Shown: positions 17,119-25,448, numbered from the stretch's first letter. The stretch: 40,442 nt of DNA from Actinomycetota bacterium (GCA_050692695.1 JBOGVI010000149.1:1-40442), one strand, 5' to 3'. Numbers and translations: made by a program. The notes: generated by a model from the sequence alone, not told the origin.

Positions 17119-17309
17119 CCAGGCCGAAAAGCGTGTTCCGTCGCGTGGAGCGGTGGTCGGTGGGGTTGGCCATGGGCGTTCTGGCCTTCGTCCTGGAGCG
17201 AGCCGTGGTCCGCTCGATCCGAAAGGGCGAGACCAAACCGAAGCCTCCCCAGCCGACCGCGATGAAGGGCACCGGTTCCGAGATCTCGCCTGCCGGGCCG
17301 GGAGACTAG
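17115..17309 (+). CDS. Hypothetical 64-aa single-pass membrane protein, translationally coupled to the cyclase gene
   Basis: The ATG at 17115 overlaps the cyclase TGA as ATGA. Sequence is MTRPKSVFRRVERWSVGLAMGVLAFVLERAVV, with one hydrophobic helix and then a Lys/Pro-rich tail. No recognisable family. Confidence 0.4.
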   Translation: MTRPKSVFRRVERWSVGLAMGVLAFVLERAVVRSIRKGETKPKPPQPTAMKGTGSEISPAGPGD

Positions 17310-17316
17310 CCCGGGT

Positions 17317-19413
17317 TTAGTTGCGGCGGAGCAGGTCCACGATCAGGCCCACCGTGAGCAGCCCGGCGAGGGCGCCGAACCCGACCGGGATCCAGTCGGA
17401 GACGCGCTCCGCGGCCACGGTGAGGCCGGTGGCGAGCACCGCGGCTCCCGCGGTAAGTCCCAGGGCCAATCGCCGCCCGGCCCGCCGGATCGTGTTCTCC
17501 AGCGACGCCGCCCGGAAGTTCACCTCGAGCTTCTGCCCGGGCCTCGCCCCGATCAGCCGCTCCACGGCCTCCACGATCCGCAGGAACCGGACCTTGATCC
17601 GCTGCGACTGGTAGAAGAGAGCTTTCGGGTCCAGCTTCGACCCCATTCCCGAGAGCACCTGCCGCATCAGGAACTTCCCGGCCACGTCGAACGGGTCGAG
17701 GTCCGGGTCCAGCTCGGCGGTAGCAAGCTGCATCTGCGCGAGCGCCTTGCCGGTCAACGCGAGCGACGCCGGCAGCGGCACGTCGTGACGGATGGCGATC
17801 TCCGTCATCTCCTGGAGGATTGGGCCGAGCCGGATGTCGGACAGGGAGGCCGTGCGGTACTTCGCCATCATCTCGCCGATCTCCGAGCTGAACCTGTCCG
17901 CGTCGAGATCGCTCCGGTCGATCGCCCCGGCCAGCATCAGCGTGACGTCGGTGAGGAACCCCACGTCCTCCTGCCAGAAGGCCATCAACAGGAGCATCAA
18001 CTCCTCGCGCATGTCGGCGCCGACCTCGCCCACCATGCCGAAGTCCAGGAAGTAGATGCGGTCGTTCCACCACATGAGGTTCCCCGGATGCGGGTCGGCG
18101 TGGAAGAACCCGTGCACGAGGATCTGCTTGTAGTAGCTCTCGAGCAGCTGGCGAGCCGCGTCCTTGCGCTCCGGTCCCTCCGGCGCCTTCGAGATCGGTC
18201 CGCCTTGGATCTCCTGCATCACCAGCAGGCGCGACGTCGACAGGTCGTCGTGGACGCCCGGCACCGACAGGCGCGGGTAGTCCCGGAGGACGTGGCTCAT
18301 CCGCTCGATGTTCGAGGCCTCCTGGCGGAAGTCGAGCTCGCGGTGGAGCGACGAGGACAGGTGCTCGAACACCGCGCCCATGTCGATCACCTGCTTCAGG
18401 CCTGGTCGGACGGAGACCTTCTCCGCGAACAGTTCGAGGAGGGCGAGGTCCTGCTCGATCTCCTCCCGGGCGGTGGGGCGCTGGACCTTGGCGACCACGC
18501 GCTCGCCGCCCGTCAGCGTGGCCCGGTGGACCTGGGCGATCGTCCCAGCGGCCATGGGCCGAGGGTCGATGGATTCGAACACGTCCTCCCAAGGCACGCC
18601 GAGCTCTTGCTCCATCACGTGAACCACTTCCTCTTCGGTGAGCGGCGGCACGTTGTCCTGGAGCGTCGCGAGCTCCTCGATGAACTCCGGGGGAAGGAGG
18701 TCGGGACGGGTCGAGAGCACCTGGCCGAGCTTGGCGAACGTCGGACCCAGCTCCTCCAGGGCGGAGCGGAGGTGCTTGGCCTGCTTGCGACGGCCGGTAG
18801 TTATCTCCTCGTCCGCCTTGCCGAACAGGGCCTTCACCCCGTGCTTCGTCATCACGGCCGCGATGCGCGCGCCTCGCGCCGCGAGGCGCGGCTCCGTCTC
18901 GGGGACCTCGCCCTCGCGGATGACCCGCGTGGTCCGAACGACCTGCGCCGTCACGCCGTCGGGCGAGAAGGTGTTGACGATGATCACCGTGCAGGTTGCG
19001 TTGTGCGAGATCCGGTTCGGGACGTTGCCGAGCAGGAACTCTTTCCGTCCGGCCATGCCCGCGTTGCCGACGACGAGGACGTCCGCTCGCTCTTGCTCCG
19101 ACGCTCGGACGATGGCCATGGCCGGATCGTCGTCCACGAGCACCAGGGACCGGGCCCGGTCCCCGGCCAGCTCGAACGCGAGCTTCTGGAGCTCGTCGGA
19201 GGCGGCTCCGGCCCGGGTACCCTCGGCCGCCCCGTACTCGGTTACGGCGGGGCTGGTGGGGACGACCACCTGGACCAGGAACAGCTCGGCGGCGTATCGG
19301 TCGGCGAGCGCCGCGGCCCATCCCACCGCGCGATCGGCGGTCTCGGAGCGGTCGGTGGCCACCATGACCCGAGAGACGCCGGGCGACGTGCGAGATGTGT
19401 TCTGGGCTGGCAT
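17317..19413 (-). CDS. USP domain fused to an ABC1/UbiB (AarF-type) atypical protein kinase with a C-terminal membrane anchor
   Basis: 698-aa ORF. The N-terminal ~150 aa are USP (RVMVATDRSETADRAVGWAA...VLVVGNAGMAGRKEFLLGNV...CTVIIV). Next comes ABC1 (LGPTFAKLGQVLSTRPDLLPPEFIEEL, AAGTIAQVHRA, HADPHPGNL, LDFGMVG). Two TM helices lie at the C-terminus. Confidence 0.9.
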   Translation of the reverse strand: MPAQNTSRTSPGVSRVMVATDRSETADRAVGWAAALADRYAAELFLVQVVVPTSPAVTEYGAAEGTRAGAASDELQKLAFELAGDRARSLVLVDDDPAMAIVRASEQERADVLVVGNAGMAGRKEFLLGNVPNRISHNATCTVIIVNTFSPDGVTAQVVRTTRVIREGEVPETEPRLAARGARIAAVMTKHGVKALFGKADEEITTGRRKQAKHLRSALEELGPTFAKLGQVLSTRPDLLPPEFIEELATLQDNVPPLTEEEVVHVMEQELGVPWEDVFESIDPRPMAAGTIAQVHRATLTGGERVVAKVQRPTAREEIEQDLALLELFAEKVSVRPGLKQVIDMGAVFEHLSSSLHRELDFRQEASNIERMSHVLRDYPRLSVPGVHDDLSTSRLLVMQEIQGGPISKAPEGPERKDAARQLLESYYKQILVHGFFHADPHPGNLMWWNDRIYFLDFGMVGEVGADMREELMLLLMAFWQEDVGFLTDVTLMLAGAIDRSDLDADRFSSEIGEMMAKYRTASLSDIRLGPILQEMTEIAIRHDVPLPASLALTGKALAQMQLATAELDPDLDPFDVAGKFLMRQVLSGMGSKLDPKALFYQSQRIKVRFLRIVEAVERLIGARPGQKLEVNFRAASLENTIRRAGRRLALGLTAGAAVLATGLTVAAERVSDWIPVGFGALAGLLTVGLIVDLLRRN

Positions 19414-19451
19414 GCCCTCGCATTATCCCTGCGGGTTGGCCAACGGACCAT

Positions 19452-19460
19452 TGGTAGACT
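19452..19460 (+). promoter_or_regulatory. Candidate extended -10 element (TGgTAGACT) for the tRNA-Thr gene
   Basis: TGG-TAGACT ends 10 nt before tRNA position 1. It lies in the 57-bp gap between the divergent USP-ABC1 start and the tRNA. No good -35 element. Confidence 0.35.
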
Positions 19461-19470
19461 CGGCCACGCC

Positions 19471-19547
19471 GCCGGAGTAGCTCAGCCTGGCAGAGCAACC
19501 GCCTCGTAAGTGGTAGGTCGAGGGTTCGAATCCCTCCTCCGGCTCCA
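19471..19547 (+). tRNA. tRNA-Thr (anticodon CGU), CCA encoded
   Basis: Hand-folded cloverleaf. Acceptor GCCGGAG/CTCCGGC. D arm GCTC-AGCCTGGCA-GAGC. Anticodon arm ACCGC-CTCGTAA-GTGGT (U33, CGT, A37). Variable loop AGGTC. T arm GAGGG-TTCGAAT-CCCTC. Discriminator T plus CCA. Total 77 nt. Confidence 0.9.
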
Positions 19548-19590
19548 ACTCCCGCGCGCGCAGCGAAGGCTCCTTGTTAGAATCGCCGCC

Positions 19591-20241
19591 GTGCTGCCCC
19601 AGGTCTCCATCAGTCCCAACGCGTCGCCGACGATCAACACCGGCGGGTGGGTGTACGGGATGGCCGTGCTGCTCGTGGTGCTGGGCATCGTGGTGACGCT
19701 CCTCATCGTGTTCGGGTACATGCGGTACGCGCCGAGGTTCCAACGCGCTGAGGGGGAGCCGAGGACGATGAAGGCGCCCCGCGTGCAGCCCGGCAAGGAG
19801 GTCCGGCGCCCGGTGAAGATCACCGGCGCGCCCGTGATCGCGCCGTCTCCCCTCGCGGCGGCCTCGGCGGCGCCGTCGGCGCCGGCGGCCTCTGCCGCTC
19901 GGGCTCCTTCGGCTGCCGCTTCAGCCCCGATCCCGGCGGCTGCACAGGGCACGGCTGGGGGTCCCCCGGCCGCCTCCGTCGCCGCCGAGGTGCCTGCTGC
20001 CCCTCCGCCCGCAGCCGAGGCCTCCGCTGCTCCCGCCCCCATCGCCGCACCCGCGGCCTCCGCTGCTCCGGCCGCCGCCGCTCCACCCGCGGCGGGCGAG
20101 CACAAGGAGGTCTCGCTCGACCAGGGGACGTTCGAGAAGACCCTGGCCGAGCTGCTGGAGAAGGGCACCGACCGCCGGGTGGCCGAGGGGCAAGCCCGGC
20201 GCGCCGCCTTGATCGCGGCGAGGAAGAAGGCCGGGGGCTAG
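19591..20241 (+). CDS. Hypothetical membrane-anchored Ala/Pro-rich protein
   Basis: The track ORF (19510) overlaps the tRNA, so a later start is needed: in-frame GTG at 19591 or ATG at 19660. One TM helix (WVYGMAVLLVVLGIVVTLLIVFGYM). Then ~90 aa of Ala/Pro/Ser low complexity and a charged helical C-terminus (TFEKTLAELLEKGTDRRVAEGQARRAAL). Confidence 0.5.
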   Translation: MLPQVSISPNASPTINTGGWVYGMAVLLVVLGIVVTLLIVFGYMRYAPRFQRAEGEPRTMKAPRVQPGKEVRRPVKITGAPVIAPSPLAAASAAPSAPAASAARAPSAAASAPIPAAAQGTAGGPPAASVAAEVPAAPPPAAEASAAPAPIAAPAASAAPAAAAPPAAGEHKEVSLDQGTFEKTLAELLEKGTDRRVAEGQARRAALIAARKKAGG

Positions 20242-20258
20242 GGCCCCTGGGAGTCCCC

Positions 20259-21329
20259 ATGGAGGCCGCCAAGGTCGACTGGTCCATGGGTTCGAACGCG
20301 GCCCGGTTGGTCGACTGGAGCACCGCCGCCGAGGTCGGTCGACGCGTGGGTGGGCCGGGTCCCCAGCTCCGGGCCATCGATCGGGCGCGCATGCGGGAGG
20401 ACCTCGCCGAGATCGTCCCGCACGCCGAGTCGCTCGTGTCCGAGTTCACGGGGCTGCCCGGGGGCGGGTTCCGCTCGCGGGCGTGGGCGATGTCCCGCGG
20501 GGAATGGGTCGGCAGGAACCTCCAGGGCCTCCAGCGCTTGCTCGAGCCGCTGGCCCGGCGGATCCTGGCGGCCAGCCGGCACCGTTCGGACCTGCGCCGC
20601 AAGGCCCTTGGGGCACAGATCGGCGCGCTGCTCGGGTACGTGTCCAGAAAGGTTCTCGGCCAGTACGACGTGTTCCTGCCCCCCGACGACGAGGGGCTGC
20701 TGTACTTCGTGGGGCCCAACCTGGCGGAGGCGGAGCGCCGGTTCGGGCTGCCGCCGCACGACTTCCGCCTGTGGGTGGCCCTCCACGAGGTCACCCACCG
20801 CGTCCAGTTCGCCGGAGCACCCTGGCTCCGTCAGTACCTGTCGGGACTGGTGGACGCGTACCTCGACACGGTGCAGCTCGACACCCGGCAGCTCGTCGAG
20901 CAGCTGAGGCGCGCGGCCGAGGAGGCTCGGGCGGGTGGCGAATGGCGGGGCGCCGGTGCGCTGTTCCTGCTGATGACGCCGGAGCAACGGGACTTGTTCC
21001 GCAAGATGCAGGCGACGATGTCGCTGCTCGAGGGCCACGCGTCCTTCGTCATGAACTCGGTTGCCGTTGGGCGGGTCCGGGACCTCGATCGGATGCGGAG
21101 GAGCCTGAAAGAGCGCCGGAGGGCCGGCGGTATGGAGCGGATCTTCCAGCGAGCCATCGGGTTCGAGTCCAAGATCCGCCAGTACGACGTCGGCGAGCTC
21201 TTCGTCCGGTCGGCCGTGGAACGGGCGGGGATGGACGCGTTCAACGTGGTGTGGAGGCGCGAGGAGCACCTGCCGACGATCGAGGAGATCGGGAGCCCCG
21301 AACGGTGGCTCGCACGGGTCAGGGGGTAA
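20259..21329 (+). CDS. Zinc-dependent metalloprotease of the DUF2342 family
   Basis: 356-aa ORF with HExxH in LWVALHEVTHRVQF. It occupies the conserved position immediately upstream of tilS-hpt-ftsH in Actinobacteria. Confidence 0.8.
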   Translation: MEAAKVDWSMGSNAARLVDWSTAAEVGRRVGGPGPQLRAIDRARMREDLAEIVPHAESLVSEFTGLPGGGFRSRAWAMSRGEWVGRNLQGLQRLLEPLARRILAASRHRSDLRRKALGAQIGALLGYVSRKVLGQYDVFLPPDDEGLLYFVGPNLAEAERRFGLPPHDFRLWVALHEVTHRVQFAGAPWLRQYLSGLVDAYLDTVQLDTRQLVEQLRRAAEEARAGGEWRGAGALFLLMTPEQRDLFRKMQATMSLLEGHASFVMNSVAVGRVRDLDRMRRSLKERRRAGGMERIFQRAIGFESKIRQYDVGELFVRSAVERAGMDAFNVVWRREEHLPTIEEIGSPERWLARVRG

Positions 21330-21346
21330 GGCCCCGCCCCCCGGCG

Positions 21347-22327
21347 GTGGCCCGAGTGCTCGAGCGGGTGAAGGCCACCGCCCGGACCCACCAGATGTTC
21401 CTCCCGGGGGAGGCCGTGCTGGTCGCGGTGTCCGGCGGCCCCGACTCGGTCTGCCTGTTGCATGCGCTGGTCGAGCTCCGCAGGTTGTTCCGGATCGACC
21501 CCGGCGTGTTCCACTTCGACCACCGGCTGCGGACCGACTCCGCCGAGGACGCCGAATACGTGCGGCGAACGGCTGACCGCCTCCGCCTTCCGTTCTTCCT
21601 GCGGAGCGCGGAGACCAGGCCCGATCACGGCGAGTCGCTGGAGGACTGGGCCCACCGCGCGCGGCTGGGCGGGCTCGCGCTCGCCATGCGCGAGGCCGGT
21701 GCAGCCCGAGGGGCCCTGGCCCACACCGCGGACGACCAGGCCGAGACGGTGCTCCTGGCACTGATCCGGGGCGGAGGACTCGACGCCGTGGCCGGCATCC
21801 GGCCGGCCCAGGGGCCGTTCGTCCGCCCGCTGATCGAGGTCTCGCGGGCGGAGGTCGAGGCGTTCTGCCGGGCCCGGCACCTCCGGCCCCGCCTGGATCC
21901 GACCAACCGCGACACCCACCTGCTCCGAAACGCCGTCCGGCTGAAGGTGCTGCCGGCACTGGAGCGGGCGGTGGGCCGGGACGTCCGTCCCACCCTGGCC
22001 CGGTCCGCGGCGCTGCTCCGGCGAGACGCCGACGAGCTCGAACGGCGGGCCACCGAGGCGCTCGTCGAGCTGCTGGAGGAGGAGCCGGAGGGCGTGCGGC
22101 TGCCCGCCACGCCCCTCGACACGCTGCCGGTCGCGATCTCGTCGCGGGTGGCCCGAGCGGCGGTGTACCGGTGCGGCGCCGTGCCGACCCAGGATGACGT
22201 CGACGGGATCCTGGACCTGGCGGCCGGCCGTCCGGGCCGTCGCCGGGACCTGACCGGCGGATTGCTGGCCGCTCGCGACAGGGAGTATGTTTCCATCTCT
22301 CGCACTTCCCCCGAGAGCCGGGTGTGA
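21347..22327 (+). CDS. tilS: tRNA(Ile)-lysidine synthase
   Basis: In-frame GTG at 21347 (alternative at 21356) inside a 614-aa track ORF whose N-terminal part is junk. PP-loop motif VLVAVSGGPDSVCLLHAL, then HFDHRLR and LAHTADDQAETVLL. Confidence 0.9.
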   Translation: MARVLERVKATARTHQMFLPGEAVLVAVSGGPDSVCLLHALVELRRLFRIDPGVFHFDHRLRTDSAEDAEYVRRTADRLRLPFFLRSAETRPDHGESLEDWAHRARLGGLALAMREAGAARGALAHTADDQAETVLLALIRGGGLDAVAGIRPAQGPFVRPLIEVSRAEVEAFCRARHLRPRLDPTNRDTHLLRNAVRLKVLPALERAVGRDVRPTLARSAALLRRDADELERRATEALVELLEEEPEGVRLPATPLDTLPVAISSRVARAAVYRCGAVPTQDDVDGILDLAAGRPGRRRDLTGGLLAARDREYVSISRTSPESRV

Positions 22328-22959
22328 AGGGGGGCGAGATGGAAGGCCGCATCGCACTGTCCGATCGCAATGACGCCGCGTCCACCTCCGTGGGCGAGCC
22401 GTTCGCCGAGGCCTACGATCGCGACATCGACAGGGTGCTGGTCACCAGGGAGCAGATCCAGGACAAGCTCCGGGAACTGGGCGGACTGATCACCGAGGAT
22501 TACGCGGGGCGAGACGTGCTGCTCGTGGGCGTGCTGAAAGGCGCGTTCGTGCTGATGGCCGACCTCGCGCGGTACATCCACCTGCCGGTGGAGTTCGACT
22601 TCATGGCGGTGGCCTCCTACGGTGCCGCCACACAGACCTCCGGCGTGGTGCGGATCCTGAAGGATCTCGACCATGACATCGAGGGCCGGGACGTCCTGCT
22701 GGTCGAGGACATCGTGGACTCTGGCCTGACCCTGAACTATCTGCTCAAGAACCTCCGAGGGCGGCGGCCGGCCACCCTGGAGGTCTGTGCGTTCCTCCAG
22801 AAGAAGGGGATCCAGCGGGTTCGTCTCGACATCCGGTACGTGGGGTTCGAGATCCCGCCCGACTTCGTGGTGGGCTACGGGCTGGACTTCGCGGAGAAGT
22901 TCCGCAACCTGCCGTACATCGCCACCCTGAAGCCGGAGGCCTACGGCGAGGGCCACTGA
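22324..22959 (+). CDS. hpt: Hypoxanthine-guanine phosphoribosyltransferase
   Basis: LVGVLKGAFVLMADLAR, FMAVASYG, and the PRPP-binding motif VLLVEDIVDSGLTL. The GTG at 22324 overlaps the tilS stop. The alternative ATG at 22339 has a better SD (AAGGGG). Confidence 0.92.
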   Translation: MKGGEMEGRIALSDRNDAASTSVGEPFAEAYDRDIDRVLVTREQIQDKLRELGGLITEDYAGRDVLLVGVLKGAFVLMADLARYIHLPVEFDFMAVASYGAATQTSGVVRILKDLDHDIEGRDVLLVEDIVDSGLTLNYLLKNLRGRRPATLEVCAFLQKKGIQRVRLDIRYVGFEIPPDFVVGYGLDFAEKFRNLPYIATLKPEAYGEGH

Positions 22960-22996
22960 CCCGGAACGCCGGGGCGGACCCGCCCGTCCAAGGGCC

Positions 22997-23377
22997 ATGA
23001 AACGGAGCGCGTCACTCTCGATCCTCATCCTGATCCTCGCGGCATGCGCGAACCGCGCCGCTCCCTCGGCTGATTCCGGGGTCCGGGGCATCGTGCTCCT
23101 CGGTCCGACCTGTCCGGTGGTGACCGAGGAGAGCCCCTGTCCCGATACGCCACTTGCGGACACCGAGATCCAGGTGCTCCGGGGAGGCGATGAGGAGGCG
23201 AGCGTTCGGTCCGCGGACGATGGCCGGTTCGCGGTGGCGCTCAAGCCCGGCCACTACGTGCTCCAGGCGATGGTCGAAGCGGGCGGCCCCGGGATGTTCG
23301 CGAAGCCCCTGGAGGTCGACGTGAGCGCGAACGCGTGGGTCGACGTGACCGTTTCGGTGGACACCGGGATCCGCTAG
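22997..23377 (+). CDS. Small secreted lipoprotein (carboxypeptidase-regulatory-like beta-sandwich?)
   Basis: 126-aa ORF. Signal peptide plus lipobox MKRSASLSILILILAAC. A Cys pair CPVVTEESPC. DGRFAVALKPGHYVLQA resembles CarboxypepD_reg-type domains. Confidence 0.55.
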   Translation: MKRSASLSILILILAACANRAAPSADSGVRGIVLLGPTCPVVTEESPCPDTPLADTEIQVLRGGDEEASVRSADDGRFAVALKPGHYVLQAMVEAGGPGMFAKPLEVDVSANAWVDVTVSVDTGIR

Positions 23378-23461
23378 TCGGGGGAACGGCCGAACAACAC
23401 CCCTGTGCTACCATCGCCGAGGGCCAAGCGCGGGTGATGGCGCGAGGCCCCGAAGCATCTC

Positions 23462-23489
23462 CGCGGTCGGTACGACGCGGTCGGCACGA
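23462..23489 (+). repeat. Tandem 14-nt direct repeat CGCGGTCGG(T/C)ACGA x2 in the ftsH upstream region
   Basis: Read directly: 23462-23475 is cgcggtcggtacga and 23476-23489 is cgcggtcggcacga, with one mismatch. It is followed by GGAGcgcCTCC (23492-23502). The ftsH ATG is at 23532. Confidence 0.9.
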
Positions 23490-23531
23490 AAGGAGCGCCT
23501 CCTGGCCCCGCCCGAATCCCCCTACCGCCGG

Positions 23532-25424
23532 ATGATCCGAGGGCCGGCCGTGTACATCCTGCTCGTCCTGCTCGGGTTGTGGCTGTTCGTGCTGCTCGCC
23601 GGCCGGGGCACCCAGGCCGAGCCCCTGAAGTTCAGCGAGTTCCAGGCTCTGCTGGAGCAGGACCGGGTCGCCACCGCCACGTTCCTCGAAGGCGACCAGA
23701 AGATCCGGGGTGAGCTCACCGGTGGGGTCTCCTACGAGGTGAGCTACCCAGCGGCGGTGCAAGAAGCGCTGATCGAGCAGCTCGAGGCCAACGGTGCTGA
23801 ATTCAACATCGATCCCCAGAACGGTTCGGCCATCCTGTCCTTCCTGCTCCAGCTGATCCCGGTTGTGCTGATCATCGGGGCGTTCATCTGGATCATGAAC
23901 CAGTCGCAGGGGGCCGGCGGGGGTCGGGTCATGCAGTTCGGCAAGGCCCGAGCCAAGGTGGTCTCCAAGGACCAGCCCAAGACCACCTTCGCCGACGTGG
24001 CCGGGGTTGACGAGGCCATCGAAGAGCTCCAAGAGGTCAAGGAGTACCTCCAGAACCCGGCCAAGTTCCAGGCCATGGGAGCGAAGATCCCCCGGGGGGT
24101 GCTGTTGTTCGGCCCGCCCGGGGCCGGCAAGACGCTGCTGGCGCGGGCCGTGGCCGGCGAGGCCGGCGTGCCGTTCTACTCCATCTCCGGCTCGGACTTC
24201 GTCGAGATGTTCGTCGGCGTCGGGGCGGCGCGCGTCCGCGACCTGTTCGAACAGGCAAAGCAGAACGCTCCGGCCATCGTGTTCATCGACGAGATCGACG
24301 CGGTGGGCCGGCACCGAGGCGCGGGGTTGGGCGGCGGCCACGACGAGCGCGAGCAGACCCTGAACCAGCTGCTCGTCGAGATGGACGGGTTCGACCAGCG
24401 GACCGCGGTGATCCTGATGGCCGCCACCAACCGGCCCGACATCCTGGACCCCGCGCTGCTTCGGCCGGGACGGTTCGACCGGCACGTCGTGATCGACCGG
24501 CCCGACCTGGAGGGGCGGAAAAGCATCCTGAAGGTCCACGCCCGGGGCAAGCCCTTCGACGAGACCGTGGAGCTCGATACCGTCGCCCGTCGCACCCCGG
24601 GGTTCACCGGCGCCGACCTTGCGAACGTGGTCAACGAGGCTGCGCTGCTCGCGGCGCGGTGGGCCAAGAAGGCCATCGGGATGAAGGAGGTCGAGGAGGC
24701 CATCGACCGCGTCATGGCCGGGCCGGAGCGAAAGACCCGGGTCATGAGCGAGCGCGAGAAGCGCGTGATCGCCTACCACGAGTCCGGCCACGCGCTCGTC
24801 GCCCACGTCCTTCCGAACACCGACCCGGTGCACAAGATCTCCGTCATCCCCAGGGGACGCGCGCTCGGGTACACGCTCACGCTGCCCGAGGAGGACAAGT
24901 TCCTGATGACCCGGGAGGGGCTGTCGGACGAGCTGGCCATGATGCTCGGTGGCCGTGTGGCCGAGGAGCTGATCGTCGGCGACATCACCACGGGGGCGGC
25001 GAACGACATCGAGCGGGCCACGAAGGTGGCGCGGCAGATGGTCACCGAGTATGGCATGTCGGACTCGATCGGGCCGCTCACGCTGGGGCAGAAGCAGCAC
25101 GAGGTGTTCCTGGGGCGCGACTTCGCGACACAGCCCGACTACTCGGACCAGGTGGCCTTCGAGATCGACAACGAGGTCCGGTTGATCATCGACCAGGCCC
25201 ACGACGAGGCCCTGGAGATCCTCCAGGAGCGCCGGGCCAAGCTCGACCAGATCGCGGCGCTTCTGATCGAGCGCGAGACCATCGAGAAGAGCGACGTGGA
25301 ACGACTCCTCGCCGACGTCCCGAAGCGGCCGCAGCGGGACCAGTCGGTGCGGGGAGCCGGCCTCGCGGTGTCGCGGCGCGCCGTCCGCGCGCAGAAGGAG
25401 CAGGGACCGGGCTCGCTGCGCTGA
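23532..25424 (+). CDS. ftsH: ATP-dependent zinc metalloprotease FtsH
   Basis: 630-aa ORF with N-terminal TM helices. Walker [19 protein letters not shown], Walker [11 protein letters not shown], second region of homology, and the zinc motif HESGHAL. Confidence 0.97.
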   Translation: MIRGPAVYILLVLLGLWLFVLLAGRGTQAEPLKFSEFQALLEQDRVATATFLEGDQKIRGELTGGVSYEVSYPAAVQEALIEQLEANGAEFNIDPQNGSAILSFLLQLIPVVLIIGAFIWIMNQSQGAGGGRVMQFGKARAKVVSKDQPKTTFADVAGVDEAIEELQEVKEYLQNPAKFQAMGAKIPRGVLLFGPPGAGKTLLARAVAGEAGVPFYSISGSDFVEMFVGVGAARVRDLFEQAKQNAPAIVFIDEIDAVGRHRGAGLGGGHDEREQTLNQLLVEMDGFDQRTAVILMAATNRPDILDPALLRPGRFDRHVVIDRPDLEGRKSILKVHARGKPFDETVELDTVARRTPGFTGADLANVVNEAALLAARWAKKAIGMKEVEEAIDRVMAGPERKTRVMSEREKRVIAYHESGHALVAHVLPNTDPVHKISVIPRGRALGYTLTLPEEDKFLMTREGLSDELAMMLGGRVAEELIVGDITTGAANDIERATKVARQMVTEYGMSDSIGPLTLGQKQHEVFLGRDFATQPDYSDQVAFEIDNEVRLIIDQAHDEALEILQERRAKLDQIAALLIERETIEKSDVERLLADVPKRPQRDQSVRGAGLAVSRRAVRAQKEQGPGSLR

Positions 25425-25432
25425 GCCCGTTC

Positions 25433-25438
25433 TAGACT
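25433..25438 (+). promoter_or_regulatory. Candidate -10 hexamer TAGACT 10 nt upstream of the HAD hydrolase ATG
   Basis: TAGACT sits in the 24-bp ftsH-HAD gap with no SD. It would give a leaderless or near-leaderless transcript. Confidence 0.25.
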
Positions 25439-25448
25439 TGGCGCCGCC

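Noticed and set aside
15844-17309. A class III cyclase followed by a small membrane protein, superficially like a Pycsar-type (cyclase plus TM effector) anti-phage pair.
   Set aside because: The 64-aa peptide has no cyclic-nucleotide-binding domain. The cyclase is fused to a response regulator, which indicates signal transduction. The neighbourhood is two-component and USP signalling with no other defence or mobile genes.
10497-19547. The signalling island as a tRNA-targeted integrative element, since it ends at tRNA-Thr.
   Set aside because: There is no integrase, excisionase or conjugation gene. I could find no direct repeat of the tRNA 3' end at the holB side. The island lies on the 5' side of the tRNA. 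GC content and codon style look the same as the flanks by eye.
19510-19590. The ORF-track start at 19510 for the Ala/Pro-rich protein.
   Set aside because: It overlaps the tRNA-Thr gene (19471-19547). A downstream in-frame GTG (19591) or ATG (19660) just before the TM helix is more plausible.
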